A stretch of 64,000 nucleotides of DNA from Eledone cirrhosa. Taxonomy: Eukaryota. Of the stretch, positions 43,916 to 58,984 are shown piece by piece; position 1 is the first letter of the stretch; every line of letters begins with the position of its first letter. The notes below the pieces were generated by a model. It was not told the DNA's origin. It did no database searches and worked only from the letters and a program-made list of their open reading frames with translations. The position numbers were made by a program, and so were the translations under genes. The stretch spans positions 22,940,001-23,004,000 of the forward strand of contig OZ024758.1 of NCBI GenBank assembly GCA_964016885.1. The letters are read 5' to 3'.

Positions 43916-43916
43916 C

Positions 43917-43993
<77 letters not shown>

Positions 43994-44222
43994 TATAAAT
44001 ATATATATATATATATAACGAAGGAAATGTGGTAAGGAACCAGGTGGACCATAACGCACCAAAGTACTCTATACTTAGGGTAGTAGAGTGGGTAATAGGA
44101 ACAAGTAAGACCCCGACGGCTGAGCTCAAGCCGTTTCGACGGCTAATTCTGTAGTACAGAATTCTTAGTACAGAATTAGCCGTCGAAACGGCTTGAGCTC
44201 AGCCGTCGGGGTCTTACTTGTT

Positions 44223-44225
<3 letters not shown>
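43626..44225. mobile_element. Two family B fold-back elements tail-to-tail around a TA tract
   Basis: About 43682-43860 is a near-perfect reverse complement of about 43990-44170. Confidence 0.8.
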
Positions 44226-44281
<56 letters not shown>

Positions 44282-44320
44282 ATATTAAATAAATGGAAAC
44301 TATATTTATAAAACCATATT

Positions 44321-44382
44321 TATTCTATTATATATATTTCAAGGGCACCAAAAATTTTGGTACGCTATCATCAGATAAAATA
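44321..44382 (-). ncRNA. Minimal type-I hammerhead, family A
   Basis: Minus strand: tattttat-CTGATGA-tagcgtacca..tggtgccctt-GAAA-tatata-TA-atagaata. Confidence 0.65.
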
Positions 44383-44542
44383 CAAAGTGTTTTATAAATA
44401 TTTGACATGACCAAGTATAATATACCTTAATGGTTCAAGTTATCCTATCATTGAATACTTACTCCAGGAATCTGTCGAGTGCTCTGAATCAGTTATAAAC
44501 ATCTATATTTGTTGGATTTCCAACAAATTAAATATCTCTTCT

Positions 44543-44575
<33 letters not shown>

Positions 44576-44584
44576 CACACATGT

Positions 44585-46615
44585 TGTAGGTATATACATA
44601 CATGTAGATGTATAATACACGTATGCATACGTGCATGTAGGTATAGAATCTTGATTTATACATACATGTAGATGTATAATACATGTATGCATACGTACAT
44701 GTAGGTATAGAATCTTGATTTATACATACATGTAGATGTATAATACATGTATGCATACGTGCATGTAGCTATAGAATCTTGATATATACATACATGTAGG
44801 TGTATAATACACGTATGCATACGTGCATGTAGGTATAGAATCTTGATTTATACATACATGTAGATGTATAATACATGTATGCATACGTGCATGTAGGTAT
44901 AGAATCTTGATATATACATACATGTAGGTGTATAATACATGTATGCATACGTGCATGTAGGTATAGAATCTTGATATATACACATACATGTAGATGTATA
45001 ATACATGTATGCATACGTGCATGTAGGAATAGGATCTTGATATATACACATACATGTAGATGTATAATACATGTATGCATACGTACATGTAGGTATAGAA
45101 TCTATATATATACATACATGTAGATGTATAATACATGTATGCATACGTGCATGTAGGTATAGAATCTTGATATATACATACATGTAGATGTATAATACAT
45201 GTATGCATACGTACATGTAGGTATAGAATCTATATATATACATACATGTAGATGTATAATACATGTATGCATACGTGCATGTAGGTATAGAATCTATATA
45301 TATACATACATGTAGATGTATAATACATGTATGCATACGTGCATGTAGGTATAGAATCTTGATATATACACATACATGTAGATGTATAATACATGTATGC
45401 ATACGTGCATGTAGGTATAGAATCTATATATATACATACATGTAGATGTATAATACATGTATGCATACGTGCATGTAGGTATAGAATCTTGATATATACA
45501 TACATGTAGATGTATAATACATGTATGCATACGTGCATGTAGGTATAGAATCTTGATATATACATACATGTAGGTGTATAATACATGTATGCATACGTGC
45601 ATGTAGGAATAGGATCTTGATATATACACATACATGTAGATGTATAATACATGTATGCATACGTACATGTAGGTATAGAATCTTGATATATACATACATG
45701 TAGATGTATAATACATGTATGCATACGTGCATGTAGGTATAGAATATTGATATATATATACATGTAGATGTATAATACATGTATGCATACGTGCATGTAG
45801 GTATAGAATCTTGATATATACATACATGTAGATGTATAATACATGTATGCATACGTGCATGTAGGTATAGGATCTAGATATATACATACATGTAGATGTA
45901 TAATACATGTATGCATACGTGCATGTAGGTATAGAATATTGATATATACATACATGTAGATGTATAATACATGTATGCATACGTGCATGTAGGTATAGAA
46001 TCTTGATATATACATACATGTAGATGTATAATACATGTATGCATACGTGCATGTAGGAATAGGATCTAGATATATACATACATGTAGATGTATAATACAT
46101 GTATGCATACGTGCATGTAGGAATAGGATCTAGATATATACATACATGTAGATGTATAATACATGTATGCATACGTGCATGTAGGTATAGAATCTTGATA
46201 TATACATACATGTAGATGTATAATACATGTATGCATACGTGCATGTAGGAATAGGATCTAGATATATACATACATGTAGATGTATAATACATGTATGCAT
46301 ACGTACATGTAGGTATAGAATCTATATATATACATACATGTAGATGTATAATACATGTATGCATACGTGCATGTAGGTATAGAATCTATATATATACATA
46401 CATGTAGATGTATAATACATGTATGCATACGTGCATGTAGGTATAGGATCTAGATATATACATACATGTAGGTGTATAATACATGTATGCATACGTGCAT
46501 GTAGGTATAGAATCTTGATATATACACATACATGTAGGTGCATAATACATGTATGCATACGTGCATGTAGGTATAGAATCTTGATATATATATACATGTA
46601 GATGTATAATACAAA
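44585..46615. repeat. 64-66 bp minisatellite (about 31 units)
   Basis: Unit tagaatcttgatatatacatacatgtagatgtataatacatgtatgcatacgtgcatgtaggta. Confidence 0.95.
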
Positions 46616-47153
46616 TATACATCAAGTATACACACATGTAGGTATATTAAACATGCAAGTATACATCATGTATACATACATACATGTAGGTATATAATAC
46701 AAATATACATCAAATATACATACATGTAGGTATATTAAACATGCAAGTTTACATCATGTATACATACATGCATGTAGGTATATAATACAAATATACATCA
46801 AGTATACATACATGTAGGTATATTACACATTCAAATATACATCATGTATACATACACACATGTAGGTATATAATACAAATATACATCAAGTATACATACA
46901 TGTAGGTATATTAAACATGCAAGTATACATCATGTATGCACACATATAAATATAAACGTATATGTGTGTGTATACGCAAGATAGTGAGGTCCTGTATCGT
47001 ATTTTATTTAATATCATGTTATATACATACATGTGGATATATAATATATGTAAGGTGTATACATACATGTATGTATACCCTACATGCACATATACATCAT
47101 GTAGGTATACAAGTATGTGTGTATATGTATGCAAAATAGTCAAGCGCTGTATC

Positions 47154-47206
<53 letters not shown>

Positions 47207-48057
47207 TTGGATATACGATACACACTTGTATATATCATTTATGTATACATACATGTAGATATATAATGCATGCACGTATATATCATTTACGCATACATAT
47301 ATGTAGGTATATAATGTAGGTGTATACATAGATGTACGTATATATTACATGCAAGTATATATGATATATACATACATGTAGGCATATACATACATTTACG
47401 TATATATTACATGCAAGTATATATATATAATATATGCATACATACATGTAGGCATATATTACATGCAAGTATATATATATAATATATACATACATACATG
47501 TAGGTATATACATACATGTACGTATATATTACATGCAAGTATATATATATATAATATATACATACATACATGTAGGTATATACATACATATACGTATATA
47601 TTACATGCAAGTATATATCATGTATACATACAGATATGTGTGTATACATGCATGCGTGTATATGTACGCACAATAGTGAAGCAGTGAAGCGTATTGTCGT
47701 TCATATACACTCGTTTTGTCGTTCTACTATTGTCGGTTCATCTCTGCCATACCCCCCCCCTCCTCTCTATCCTATTTTTCCCCCTCTCACTATCTCTCTT
47801 TCTCTTTCTCTCTTTCACTCACACTCTCTCTCTCTCTCTCTCTCTCCCCTCTTTCCCTCCCTCTCTCTCTCTCTCACTCTTTTCCTTGTCGTCTGCTTAT
47901 GCCTGATTCTGTTTATACATACATTCCACTACTGCATGTATATAATGTATGCATGTATGTATGTAAGTATGTATGTACGTTTGTATATATGCGTGCATTC
48001 AAATGTGTGTGTGTGAGTGTGTGTGTGTGAGTGTGTATATATATAAATATATATATA

Positions 48058-48203
48058 ACAAAGGAGTTGTGGTAAGGAACCAGATGGACCATAACGCACC
48101 AGAGTACTCAATACTTAGGGTAGTAGAGTGGGAAATAGGACTACATAGTCCAGAAATAGCCGTCGAAACGGCTTGAGCTCTGCCGTCGGGGTCATACTTT
48201 TTT

Positions 48204-48205
<2 letters not shown>
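48058..48205. mobile_element. Family B fold-back element (variant subfamily)
   Basis: Homologous to 7548-7741. Confidence 0.7.
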
Positions 48206-48254
<49 letters not shown>

Positions 48255-48297
48255 CAAAATGTTAATAAATGAAAAATATTCTCATAATCAAAATATA

Positions 48298-48360
48298 TAT
48301 TTTATTATACATATTTCAAAGGTACAATGGTGTTTAAGTACGTTTTCATCAGATAAAATA
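48298..48360 (-). ncRNA. Minimal hammerhead, family of 4028-4368
   Basis: Minus strand: tattttat-CTGATGA-aaacgtac..gtaccttt-GAAA-tatgta-TA-ataaaata. Confidence 0.7.
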
Positions 48361-48420
48361 TAAAATTTTATATGCGACATACCGCTACGGTTTTGATTAT
48401 TCAATTCGAATAGTGTCTGT

Positions 48421-48502
<82 letters not shown>

Positions 48503-48503
48503 C

Positions 48504-48550
<47 letters not shown>

Positions 48551-48613
48551 CGTATATACATTCAGCTGTTTGTGTATGAATGTATGTAAGTATATAAGCG
48601 TGCATGCAAGTAT

Positions 48614-48681
<68 letters not shown>

Positions 48682-49064
48682 GTATGCATGCTTGCATACA
48701 TGCAGATGTACGTGTATGTATCCATGCATATATGTATGTATGTTTGTATGTATATATGCATGTATATTTATATGTACGAATGCAAGCTTTTATGCAAGCT
48801 TTTATGCATACATTCATGCAGACATACATACATGTATGTATGTATATATATATATATGTATGTATATATGTATGTATGTATGTATATATATATGTATGTA
48901 TGTATATATGTATGTATGTATGTATGTATATATATATATATGTATGTATGTGTATATATATATGTATGTATGTATGTCTGTATGTATTTGTGTATTTATA
49001 CATGTATGTATGTATGTATGTATGTATGTATGTATGTATGTATGTATGTATGTATGTATGTATG

Positions 49065-49643
49065 TATCCCAGTACAACCTGTCTCATGGTCGGGTCGTTG
49101 GCGACTAAACTGGCAACCCCACCAAGGTTTCTTGGTGAGGAGGGTGACTTTGGACATCCTGCAGGACTAAAAGCAAAACCTGTCAAAGGGCAAAGGAGCT
49201 CTTACGAGTCTATGGCCATCCAAAATCACCGGGAGAGATGACCCCTTAGCCTTTGTCAAGGCAGAATTCTAGGAGAAGGAAAACTCTGATATAACACCTT
49301 CAACCCTGATGGTATCCAATGATGTTGACTTGTTCTTCTTTTTGGTAAATATCATCTTGGTTAAGAGAGTGGGACTGGCTTTGTGCAGTGCCTTTGCTCA
49401 CTAAAAAAGCTTCACGACACAGGCATTGCTGTATATCTGGAGATCTCTCTGCACTTGTCGTCACATGGTACCATGGGCCCAGCACTATGTGTCAATAATT
49501 GTCACAAGTGTAGTGTTTGTACCAGAGTTTTCAAGTCGCTGGCTGGACTAAAAAGTCACACTCGTTCAGCGCATCGGTAGGGGTTCTCCTACATGGATAT
49601 AAAGTAGTGGCCGTACTCGAAAACGAGTTGGCAGCCACCATGT
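49065..49643 (+). mobile_element. Family C RTE-related element in (ATGT)n
   Basis: Near-identical to 10940-11520. Confidence 0.8.
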
Positions 49644-49949
49644 ATGTATGTATGTATGTTTGTATGTATGTATGAAAATAACCATGTGTGTATGCATACA
49701 TGTATAAACGCATCATCCTCGGCTGTTTGTGCTACTTTTAAGTACCGTCGGTGTCATGGAGATGTTATCTTGGTCATGTTATCGTCACATTGAAAGTCTA
49801 CAACAGGGAGGCACTATATCTTTAAAAGGGCGGAGGTAGGCGGAGCAAAAGGTGGTTATACGTGACAGCGAGTCGACAGCTAGTTCATGTATATATATGT
49901 ATTCATACGCCAAATCTACGTAAATATCCATACACATCCTTGCGTGCAC

Positions 49950-50223
49950 ACGGATGTATCTGGGTACACGTATAAACGCACACATCAACACTGCTATGCT
50001 CGCACACGCACACACATGGATACATATACACACACACAAGTGAATATATATCCACACACATACACACACTGCTATGCCTGCACACGCATACACATATATA
50101 TCCACACACATACACACACTGCTATGCCTGCAAACGCATACACATGGGTTCATATACACACACATGAATATATATATATCCACACACTTACACACTGCTA
50201 TGCATGCACACGCACACACGTGG

Positions 50224-50256
<33 letters not shown>

Positions 50257-50673
50257 AATATATATCCACACACACATACACACTGCTATGCATGCACACG
50301 CATACACATGGGTTCATATACACACACACACACATGAATATATATATATCCACACACATACACACAGCTATGCATGCACACACACACACATGGGTTCATA
50401 CACACACACACATGAATATATATCCACACACATATACACACTGCTATGTATGCAAACGCACACACATGGGTACATACACACACACACACACACACACGTG
50501 AATACATATCCACACACATACACACAGCTATGCATGCACACACACACGCCCTTATACTCAAACACACATGGATACACATACACATACACATACACGCATC
50601 AAAACTCACTGCTATGCATGCACACCACACGCACGGGCACACGGTCATATATGGATACACACACACACGCACG

Positions 50674-50722
<49 letters not shown>

Positions 50723-51197
50723 CTTCACTCACTGCTATATATGCTCACCCACGCCCGTGCACACACGGACACACGTGGATACACACACGCACACACACAC
50801 ACACACATCTTCACTCACTGCTATACATGCTCACCCACGCCCGTGCACACACGGACACACACTCAAATACACACACACACACACACACACACACATCAAC
50901 AGTCACGTTATGCATGCACACTCACGCGCGGGTGCACACATACATACATGGATACGCACACAAACACCGCACACACACACATATCTTCACTCACTGTTAT
51001 GTATGTACACACACGTACGTTCACACGGATACACACACACACATACACACACACACATACACACACACACATACACACACGCACATACGCATACACACAC
51101 ACATACGCCAGTGCAAACCCTACTATGCATGCACACGAACTCACATAAATACACACACACGTACATACATCTTCACTCACTGCTATGATCACACACA

Positions 51198-51248
<51 letters not shown>

Positions 51249-51546
51249 ACACACACATACACACACACACATACACACATACACACACACACACATACAC
51301 ACACACACACACACACATACACACATACACACACACACACACACATCTTCATTCGCTGCTGGGCACACACACACACATACACACGCGGCCACACGGACAT
51401 ACATTGACACACACACACACACACACACACATACATTGACACTCACTGCTATGCATGCACACACACACACGTCAGTGCACACGGATATATATGGATACAC
51501 ATAAAGGCACATACACACTACTATGCATGCACACGAACTCACATAA

Positions 51547-51618
<72 letters not shown>

Positions 51619-51842
51619 CTTCACTCACTGCTATGCACACACACACACACACACGGTAACAGGCACATACATTGACACAGACACACACACACACACACAC
51701 ACACATTCATCTTCACTCACTGCTATGCACACACACACGGTAACACGCACTTACATTGACACACACACACACAAACACATTCATCTTCACTCACTGCTAT
51801 GCATGCACACACACACACGCAAGTGCACTCAAACACACATAT
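49950..51842. repeat. Degenerate (CA)n array with recurring cttcactcactgctatgc
   Basis: Direct reading of the sequence. Confidence 0.85.
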
Positions 51843-51974
51843 ACCTAGATGGAAAATGGCGACTGCTTACGTTCTGTGTTCGGGATCCAGCCGACGCTGA
51901 TAAAATATGTACTACGCAGTGATGCTTCATGAGAAAAAAACTCTAGCATGAACAAATAGAATGTTGCATATTTT

Positions 51975-52415
51975 AGTGACAGTAGCCTTATATTGTGATA
52001 CCATCTCTTTCTTAACGAAATCTATCAGATTTGAACATAACATATTAAATTTATTATAATTATTTCTACTTTTGGGCACAAGGCCAGCAATTACCCCAGT
52101 GCATTACTGGTACTTTATTTTATCGACCCCGTAAGGATGAAAGGCAAAGTGACAGTAGCCTTATATTGTGATACCATCTCTTTCTTAACGAAATCTATCA
52201 GATTTGAACATAACATATTAAATTTATTATAATTATTTCTACTTTTGGGCACAAGGCCAGCAATTACCCAGTGCATTACTGGTACTTTATTCTATCGACC
52301 CCGGAAGGATGAAAGGCAAAGTTAACCTCGGCGGGATTTGAACTCAGATCATAAAGGGACATAACTATGCTAGAAAGCATGGCGTCTGACCCTCTACCGA
52401 TACTGCCAATTCACC
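51975..52415. repeat. About 173-bp local tandem duplication spanning a SINE 3' end
   Basis: agtgacagtagcc at 51975 and 52148, with AGT microhomology at the junction. Confidence 0.85.
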
Positions 52416-52584
52416 GTTATAATATTCCCCAAATATTAAGGTCGTTATTTATGTATTATGAGAGTAAATGTAGTTAGTACTTTATGAAATTGTGAAACAG
52501 AAGAAGAAAAAAGCGGTTACATAATTAGATAGATTTATGGGGTAAGCAATGTTTATCTGGCTTCTTAAAGATATAGCCTACTAG

Positions 52585-52859
52585 CAGTGGCGTATAGAGC
52601 TCTGGTGAACCCCGGGGCAAACCTTGATTGTATGCCCCGAGCAAATCTTGATTGCATGCCCCAAAGACTCAAGTATAAGGCCTAATATACTGAGAAATAT
52701 TATGAGAAAGGAAAACATTTTGACTATATAAACACAGATGAAACATGAAATAAACGCTTTATTCGATTTTAATATAAATCAATCAAATTTATTAAGTTCT
52801 TTTCGCCAAAGGATGCCCGGGGTCAACGCACCGTCACCCCTCCCCTCTGCACGCTAGTG
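52585..52859. mobile_element. hAT-like MITE
   Basis: CAGTGGCGTATAGAG / CTCTGCACGCTAGTG imperfect TIR. TSD unclear. Confidence 0.5.
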
Positions 52860-52978
52860 CGATTAGTATACTACCATTCGGCAAGGCTAGCCGTATGTAA
52901 ATGAAGCTAATCAGCCGATGTATACATTAGAAAATACAAGATATTTTCAACAGTTCAATCGAGTAGGAGAGAGGTATA

Positions 52979-53019
52979 CAATCCTGATGAAGGGAAATGA
53001 CCCTGAAACAGGTTGATTG
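52979..53019 (+). ncRNA. Intact minimal type-I hammerhead
   Basis: caatc-CTGATGA-aggg-aaatga-ccct-GAAA-cagg-TT-gattg. Helix I can be extended (caatcgag/ctcgattg). Confidence 0.8.
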
Positions 53020-53086
53020 TTCCTCGATTGTTGTGAAATCTTGTATGCATTAATTTCAACTCTTATCATTAATGACTGCATTATTT

Positions 53087-53865
53087 CTGGTGGATTGGCA
53101 GTATCGGTAGAGGGTCGGACGTCATGCTTTCCAGCATAGTTACGTCCCTTTACGATCTGAGTTCAAATCCCGCCAAGGTTGACTTTGCCTTTCATCCTTA
53201 CGGGGTCGATAAAATAAAGTACCAGTAATGAACTGGGTAATTGCTGGCCTTGTGCCTAAAGTAGAAACAATTATTTCTGACTAGGAAATGAGTTATGCTA
53301 GAGCTGTGAAATCTTACATACATTGATTTCAACTCTTCTTATTAATAAAGGCTTTGTTTCTTTCTAGGGACTATGTTGAAAAATAAACCTCATTTGGTCA
53401 TTCCATGAGAGTATCTTGGTCAGTCTAAGCTTCGTAGTACGCAGCAGTAGGCGCGGAGTCCGTAGCAAATGTTACTCTCACGTCTAGGTTAATTCTGCAT
53501 TGGTATTGTGTCTGCTAGTAATAGTTTCTTGTATCTTGTTTCTCTACTCCAAATAACTCGACTAGACACAACTTAACACTATTTGTTGATACAACTTGAA
53601 CCAATATCTCGCACATGTATTCATGTCTCCCGAGATAATTATTGGAGTTGCAGAGCTACCGTAACAGTTTTGGGGTTTGGAGAGAGGGGTCTTAAGTATA
53701 TATACTGTACATGTGTATTGGCAAAATCAGTAGAGCGTCGGACACGATACTTTGTAGAATATAGTTACGGCCCTTTACGTTCTAAGTTCAAATCCCGTCG
53801 AGGTTAGCTTTGCTTTTCATTGTTACGGGGTCGATAAAATAAAGTACCAGTAATGTACTGGGTCG
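53087..53865 (+). mobile_element. tRNA-SINE copies at 53087-53274 and 53715-53865
   Basis: A/B boxes and body motif. Confidence 0.8.
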
Positions 53866-53894
53866 TATGTATGTATGTATGTATGTATGTATGT

Positions 53895-54560
53895 CCTTTG
53901 TCAAGGCAGAATTCTAGGAGAAGGAAAACTCTAGGGGGCAGCCATCATCATGTATGTATGTATGTAGGTATGTATGTATGTAGGTATGTGTGTACGTACG
54001 TATGTATGTATGTATGTATGTATGCATGTATGTATAGCGCATCGGTAGGGGTTCTCCTACGTGGATATAAAGTAGTGGCCGTACTCGAAAACGAGTTGGC
54101 AGCCACCATGTATATATATATATGTGTATGTATGTATATATATATCCGGGAGAGATGACCCCTTAGCCTTTGTCAAGGCAGAATTCTAGGAGAAGGAAAA
54201 CTCTGATATAACACCTTCAGCCCTGATGGTATCCAATGATGTTGACTTGTTCTTCTTTTTGGTAAATATCATCTTGGTTAAGAGAGTGGGACTGGCTTTG
54301 TGCAGTACCTTTGCTCACTATAAAAGCTTCACGGCACAGGCATTGCTTTATATCTGGAGATCTCTCTGCACTTGTCATCACATGGTACCATGGGCCCAGC
54401 ACTATGTGTCAATAATTGTCACAGGTGTAGTGTTTGTACCAGAGTTTTCAAGTCGCTGGCTGGACTAAAAAGTCACACTTGTTTAGCGCATCGGTAGGGG
54501 TTCTCCTACATGGATATAAATTAGTGGCCGTACTCGAAAACGAGTTGGCAGCCACCATGT
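53895..54560 (+). mobile_element. Tandem fragments of family C
   Basis: 53895-53950, 54036-54110 and 54146-54560, separated by (ATGT)n. Confidence 0.75.
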
Positions 54561-54887
54561 ATGCATATGTGTATGGCAAGTCCCTAAAAAGCTACGTCCA
54601 TGATGATCATGCTTAAGTATCAAGTGATGGCATTACTCGAAATCGAGTCTATGTATGCATATATGTACGTATAAATGTTTGTATGTATGCATCTGAGTAT
54701 ATATGTAGGTATGTATTTGTATGTGTTTGTGTGTGTGTGTTTGTTTGTATATGTGTGTGTGTGTGTGTGTGTACGTACGATGTTCTCGAAATGGAGTCTG
54801 TGTGCATATATGTACGTATAAATGTTTGTATGTAAGCATCTGAGTATATATGTAGGTATGTATTTGTATGTGTTTGTGTGTGTGTTT

Positions 54888-54918
<31 letters not shown>

Positions 54919-55429
54919 CGTACGATGTTCTCGAAATGGAGTCTGTGTGCATATATGTACGTATAAATGTATGCATCTGAGTATATATGTAGGTATGTGT
55001 TTGTGTGTGTGTTTGGGTGTGTGTGTGGGTGTGTGGGTGTGTGCGTGTGTGTGGGTGTGTGCATGTACGTACGATGTTTATATTTTTTCCATCATCACAA
55101 ATAATTGACTTAATTGTTAACCCAAGTATTTTTATGTCATTCACCAATAGTAAGAATGTTCTCCTTTTTTTTTTTTAACGTGTGTAAAGATCATAGGCCA
55201 TGTATGTAAACAATATAGAAACGTGAGCAGAAGGTAAACTGATATACACAGGGAAAAATAAGTTCAGTGAAAGGGATGTTGAACAATGAGACAATGTAAC
55301 TCTTCCTGCTCCCCACAAACATAAATATATACGTACAGTCATAACAACGATTTCTCAGACTTATACAAGGCCATACACGTAGTTGAGAGGGAACAAGTAT
55401 GACTGTTGTCCTAATTCGTCGTTGTTGTT

Positions 55430-56915
55430 TAGCTCCAGGTCAACTATAATTTAGAGGAACTACGATCAAATACATTAACCACCGTCACCTTTAGGATCAA
55501 ATTAGTTGTGCCTTTTATAATTTGAACCTTTGATCACAGGCGTTAAGGTTCCGGGTCAACTTTAATTGAGTAGATCTACGATCAAGTACATTAACCACTA
55601 TCACCTTTCAGTCTTTTAGGAGCAAATCGGCTGTCTTTTTATACTTTGAACCTTGATCAAACGCGTTCTCTGGACCAGCTCAACCTTAATCAAGTGAATC
55701 TACGATCAAATACATTAACCACCGTCACCTTTCAGTCTTTTAGGATCAAATTAGATGTGTCTTTTATAATTTGAACCTTTGTTCAAAGGAGTTAATGTTC
55801 CAGGTCAACCCTAATTAAGTAGATCTACGATCAAATACATTACCACAATTACTTTACCGTCTTTTAGGATCAAATTAGTTGTGTCGTTTATTTGAACCTT
55901 TGATCAAAGGCGTTCTCTATGTTTCAGGTAAATTTTAATTAAGTAGATCTACGATCAAATATACTACCACCGTGATCTTCCAGTCTTTTAGGAACACATT
56001 AGCTATGTCTGTTATTATTTGAACCTTTGATCAAAGGCGTTAATGTTCCAGCTCAACTTTAATTAAGTGGATCTACGATCAAATACATTAACCACCGTCA
56101 CTTTTCAGTCTTTTGGAATCAAATTAGCTGTCTTTTTATAATTTGAACCTTCGATCAAAAGCGTTCTCTATGTTCCAGGTCAACTTTAATTAAGTGGATC
56201 TACGATCAAATATATTACCACTGTGATCTTCCAGTCTTTTAAGAGCACGTAGAACTAAATTAACTGTCTTTTATAATTTGAACTTTGATCAAATGCGTTC
56301 TCTGGACCAGCTCAACCTTAATAAAATGGATCTACGATCAAATATATTACCACCGTTACCTTCCCGTCTTTTAGGATCAAATTAGCCGTCTTATTATTTG
56401 AATCTTTGATCAAAAGAGTCAATGTTCCAGCTCAACCATGAGGGGATCTACGATCAAGTAGATTACCACCGTTACCTTCCCGTCTCTTAGGACCAAATTA
56501 GTTGTGCCTTTTATTATTTGAACCCTTAAAGGCTTTCACAATGTTCCAGGTCAACCTTGATTAAGTGGATCTATGATCAAATATATTATCACTGTTACTT
56601 TCCAGTCTTTTAGCATTGAATTAGTTGTGTCTTTTATAATTTGAACCTTTGATCAAAAGTGTTCTCTACGTTCAAGATCAACCTTAATTAAGTTAATCTC
56701 CGTTCAAATATATTACCACCGTCACCTTCCCGTCATTTAAGACCAAATTAGTTGTCTTTTTTTTAACCTTTGATCAAAGGCGTTCGTTATGTTTCAGGTC
56801 AACTTTAATTAAGTGGATTTATGTTCAAATATATTCCCACCGTGACCTTCCCGTCTTTTAGGATCAAATTAGCTGTGTCTTTTATTATTTGAGCCTTTGA
56901 TCAAAGGCGTTCTTA
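55430..56915. repeat. About 124-bp diverged tandem repeat (about 12 units)
   Basis: gatctacgatcaaata...ttttaggatcaaattag...ttgaacctttgatcaaa recurs with a period of about 116-133 bp. Confidence 0.9.
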
Positions 56916-57233
56916 ATGTGATCATCCCGAACTTTAAAGATATGTAGCAACACATTATCTAACGTGTCTTTCATTTTTTTAAGACAGTAAGACGTGGTTT
57001 TGGGGGGTGGGGGAGATTTAGTTGTTATTTCTAACTGATTGAACGACCATGTAATGGTTCTTCTTGTTAACTCGTTAAAAGATATAGTTGATTAGATTGC
57101 TATCTTAACCCATAACGCCTGGTGGTATCGTAGGGCGGTGTAGTGACATACGGCGTTTCGTAGACATTTTTACAACCCTAGCGGCGCTCATCTCCTTTCC
57201 AGGTCTGATCACAGTCGATTTATTCCAGAGAAA

Positions 57234-57316
<83 letters not shown>

Positions 57317-57634
57317 GAGAATCGAACTCATTACTGGACTGGTTTCCATTTTTTTATCGACCTCGAAAAGATGAAAGCTGACCTTGATAGGATTTGAGCC
57401 TTGAGTTCAGACAGCTGAAACGAATACAGGACGTTGTAACAGCTCAGCCAATTAGCCGCCTGTCAGTATAATTACTTTATTGAACAACCGGAAGTAAAGA
57501 TAAAAGGCGTCTGCTATTTCTCTAACACCCCAATAGAAACCAAGATACTGTTTATCTTTCGAGAGGTTAGGTGCAAAAGATTAGCAATGAAATTTCTTTA
57601 TGCGCTGAAAATAATATAACATTATAATTTAAAA

Positions 57635-58520
57635 GGTGGTGGGTTGCAGTATCGGTAGAGGGTCGGCCGCCTTTTATGATCTGAGTTCAAATCCCGCCGA
57701 GGTTAACTTTGCCTTTCATCCTTATGGGATCGATAAAATAAGGTACCAGTAATACTGGGGTAATTGCTGGCCAAAAGTAGAAACAATTATAATTTAATTC
57801 TTATTTAATTAATTGTTTCTACTTTAGGCACAAGGCCATTAATTTGAAGGGGATTGGAAAGTTGATTAAATCGACCCCGGTACATTACTGGTACTTTATT
57901 TTATCGACTCCGTAACGATGAAAGGCAAAGCTAACCTCGACGAGATTTGAACTCAGATCATAAAGGGAAAGACGAAAAAGAAAAAAAGAGAATTAAACAA
58001 CGAAGGAAGGGGGAGCGGGGGGGGGGGGGAGCTGGATGGACAGATCATACACCTCATATTGAGTGGTGAATCGGCCGTCCCCCGCAGAAATTCAAGTGCA
58101 ATAAATAATATTTTATGAAGCTTTGTGAAAATATATGAGATTGTATGTTAGAACAAATCAACAATACCAACAGCTGTGACGAACATAACGTCAATGACAC
58201 CAACAACGACAACAACGATGACAATTAAACAAAGGTCTATCTATAATGTTGGTTCGTCCAACTAAAAATAACAACCAAATTATACTCTACTAACTGAATA
58301 ATAATTGTTTCTACTTTAGGCACAAGGCCAGCAATTACCCAGTGCATTACTGGTACTTTATTTTATCGACCCCGTAAGGATGAAAGGCAAAGTCAACCTC
58401 GGCGGGATTTGAACTCAGATCGTAAAGGGACGTAACTATGCTGGAAAGCATGGCGTCCGACCCTCTACCGATACTGCCAATCCATCATGGTTTCTGATTT
58501 AGGCACAAAGCCAGCAATTG
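57635..58520. mobile_element. tRNA-SINE copies at 57635-57790(+), 57810-57967(-) and 58302-58487(-)
   Basis: Same motifs as the other copies. Confidence 0.8.
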
Positions 58521-58932
58521 GACTTGTCCCCTGGTACCCCCCCCCCCCTCCTTGAAACAAGGCCCTTGTTTACAACGATGACGATAAAAACGGAAACAAA
58601 AACAATGATATCATAGTTAACAGCTTTCGTTAAATTATTGAAAGTTGCGACTATCACAGTATATAGTGTTCAAAATTAGATATTGAGAGTTTGTTAAAGC
58701 CTCTTGACTTTTTCTCTCCTCTGCTTTCAAACCGTTATTTCTTATTGAATGAAACCTCCAGGAAACAGTAAACAGTGATGACGTAATTTCATATCCTATG
58801 TATATTCAAGGACAATATTTTAGACTTTTTTAATCGTTCATCTTGCCTGCCTATCTAACTGTCTCTCTGTCTCTTTCTCTCACTCTCTCTCTCTTCTCCC
58901 TTCTCTCTCTCTCTCTCACTCTCTCTCTTCCC

Positions 58933-58972
<40 letters not shown>

Positions 58973-58984
58973 ATATATATATAG

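Noticed and set aside
44585-46615. Regular repeat resembling a CRISPR array or repeat protein
   Set aside because: Units are contiguous with no unique spacers and there are no cas genes. It is a eukaryotic minisatellite.
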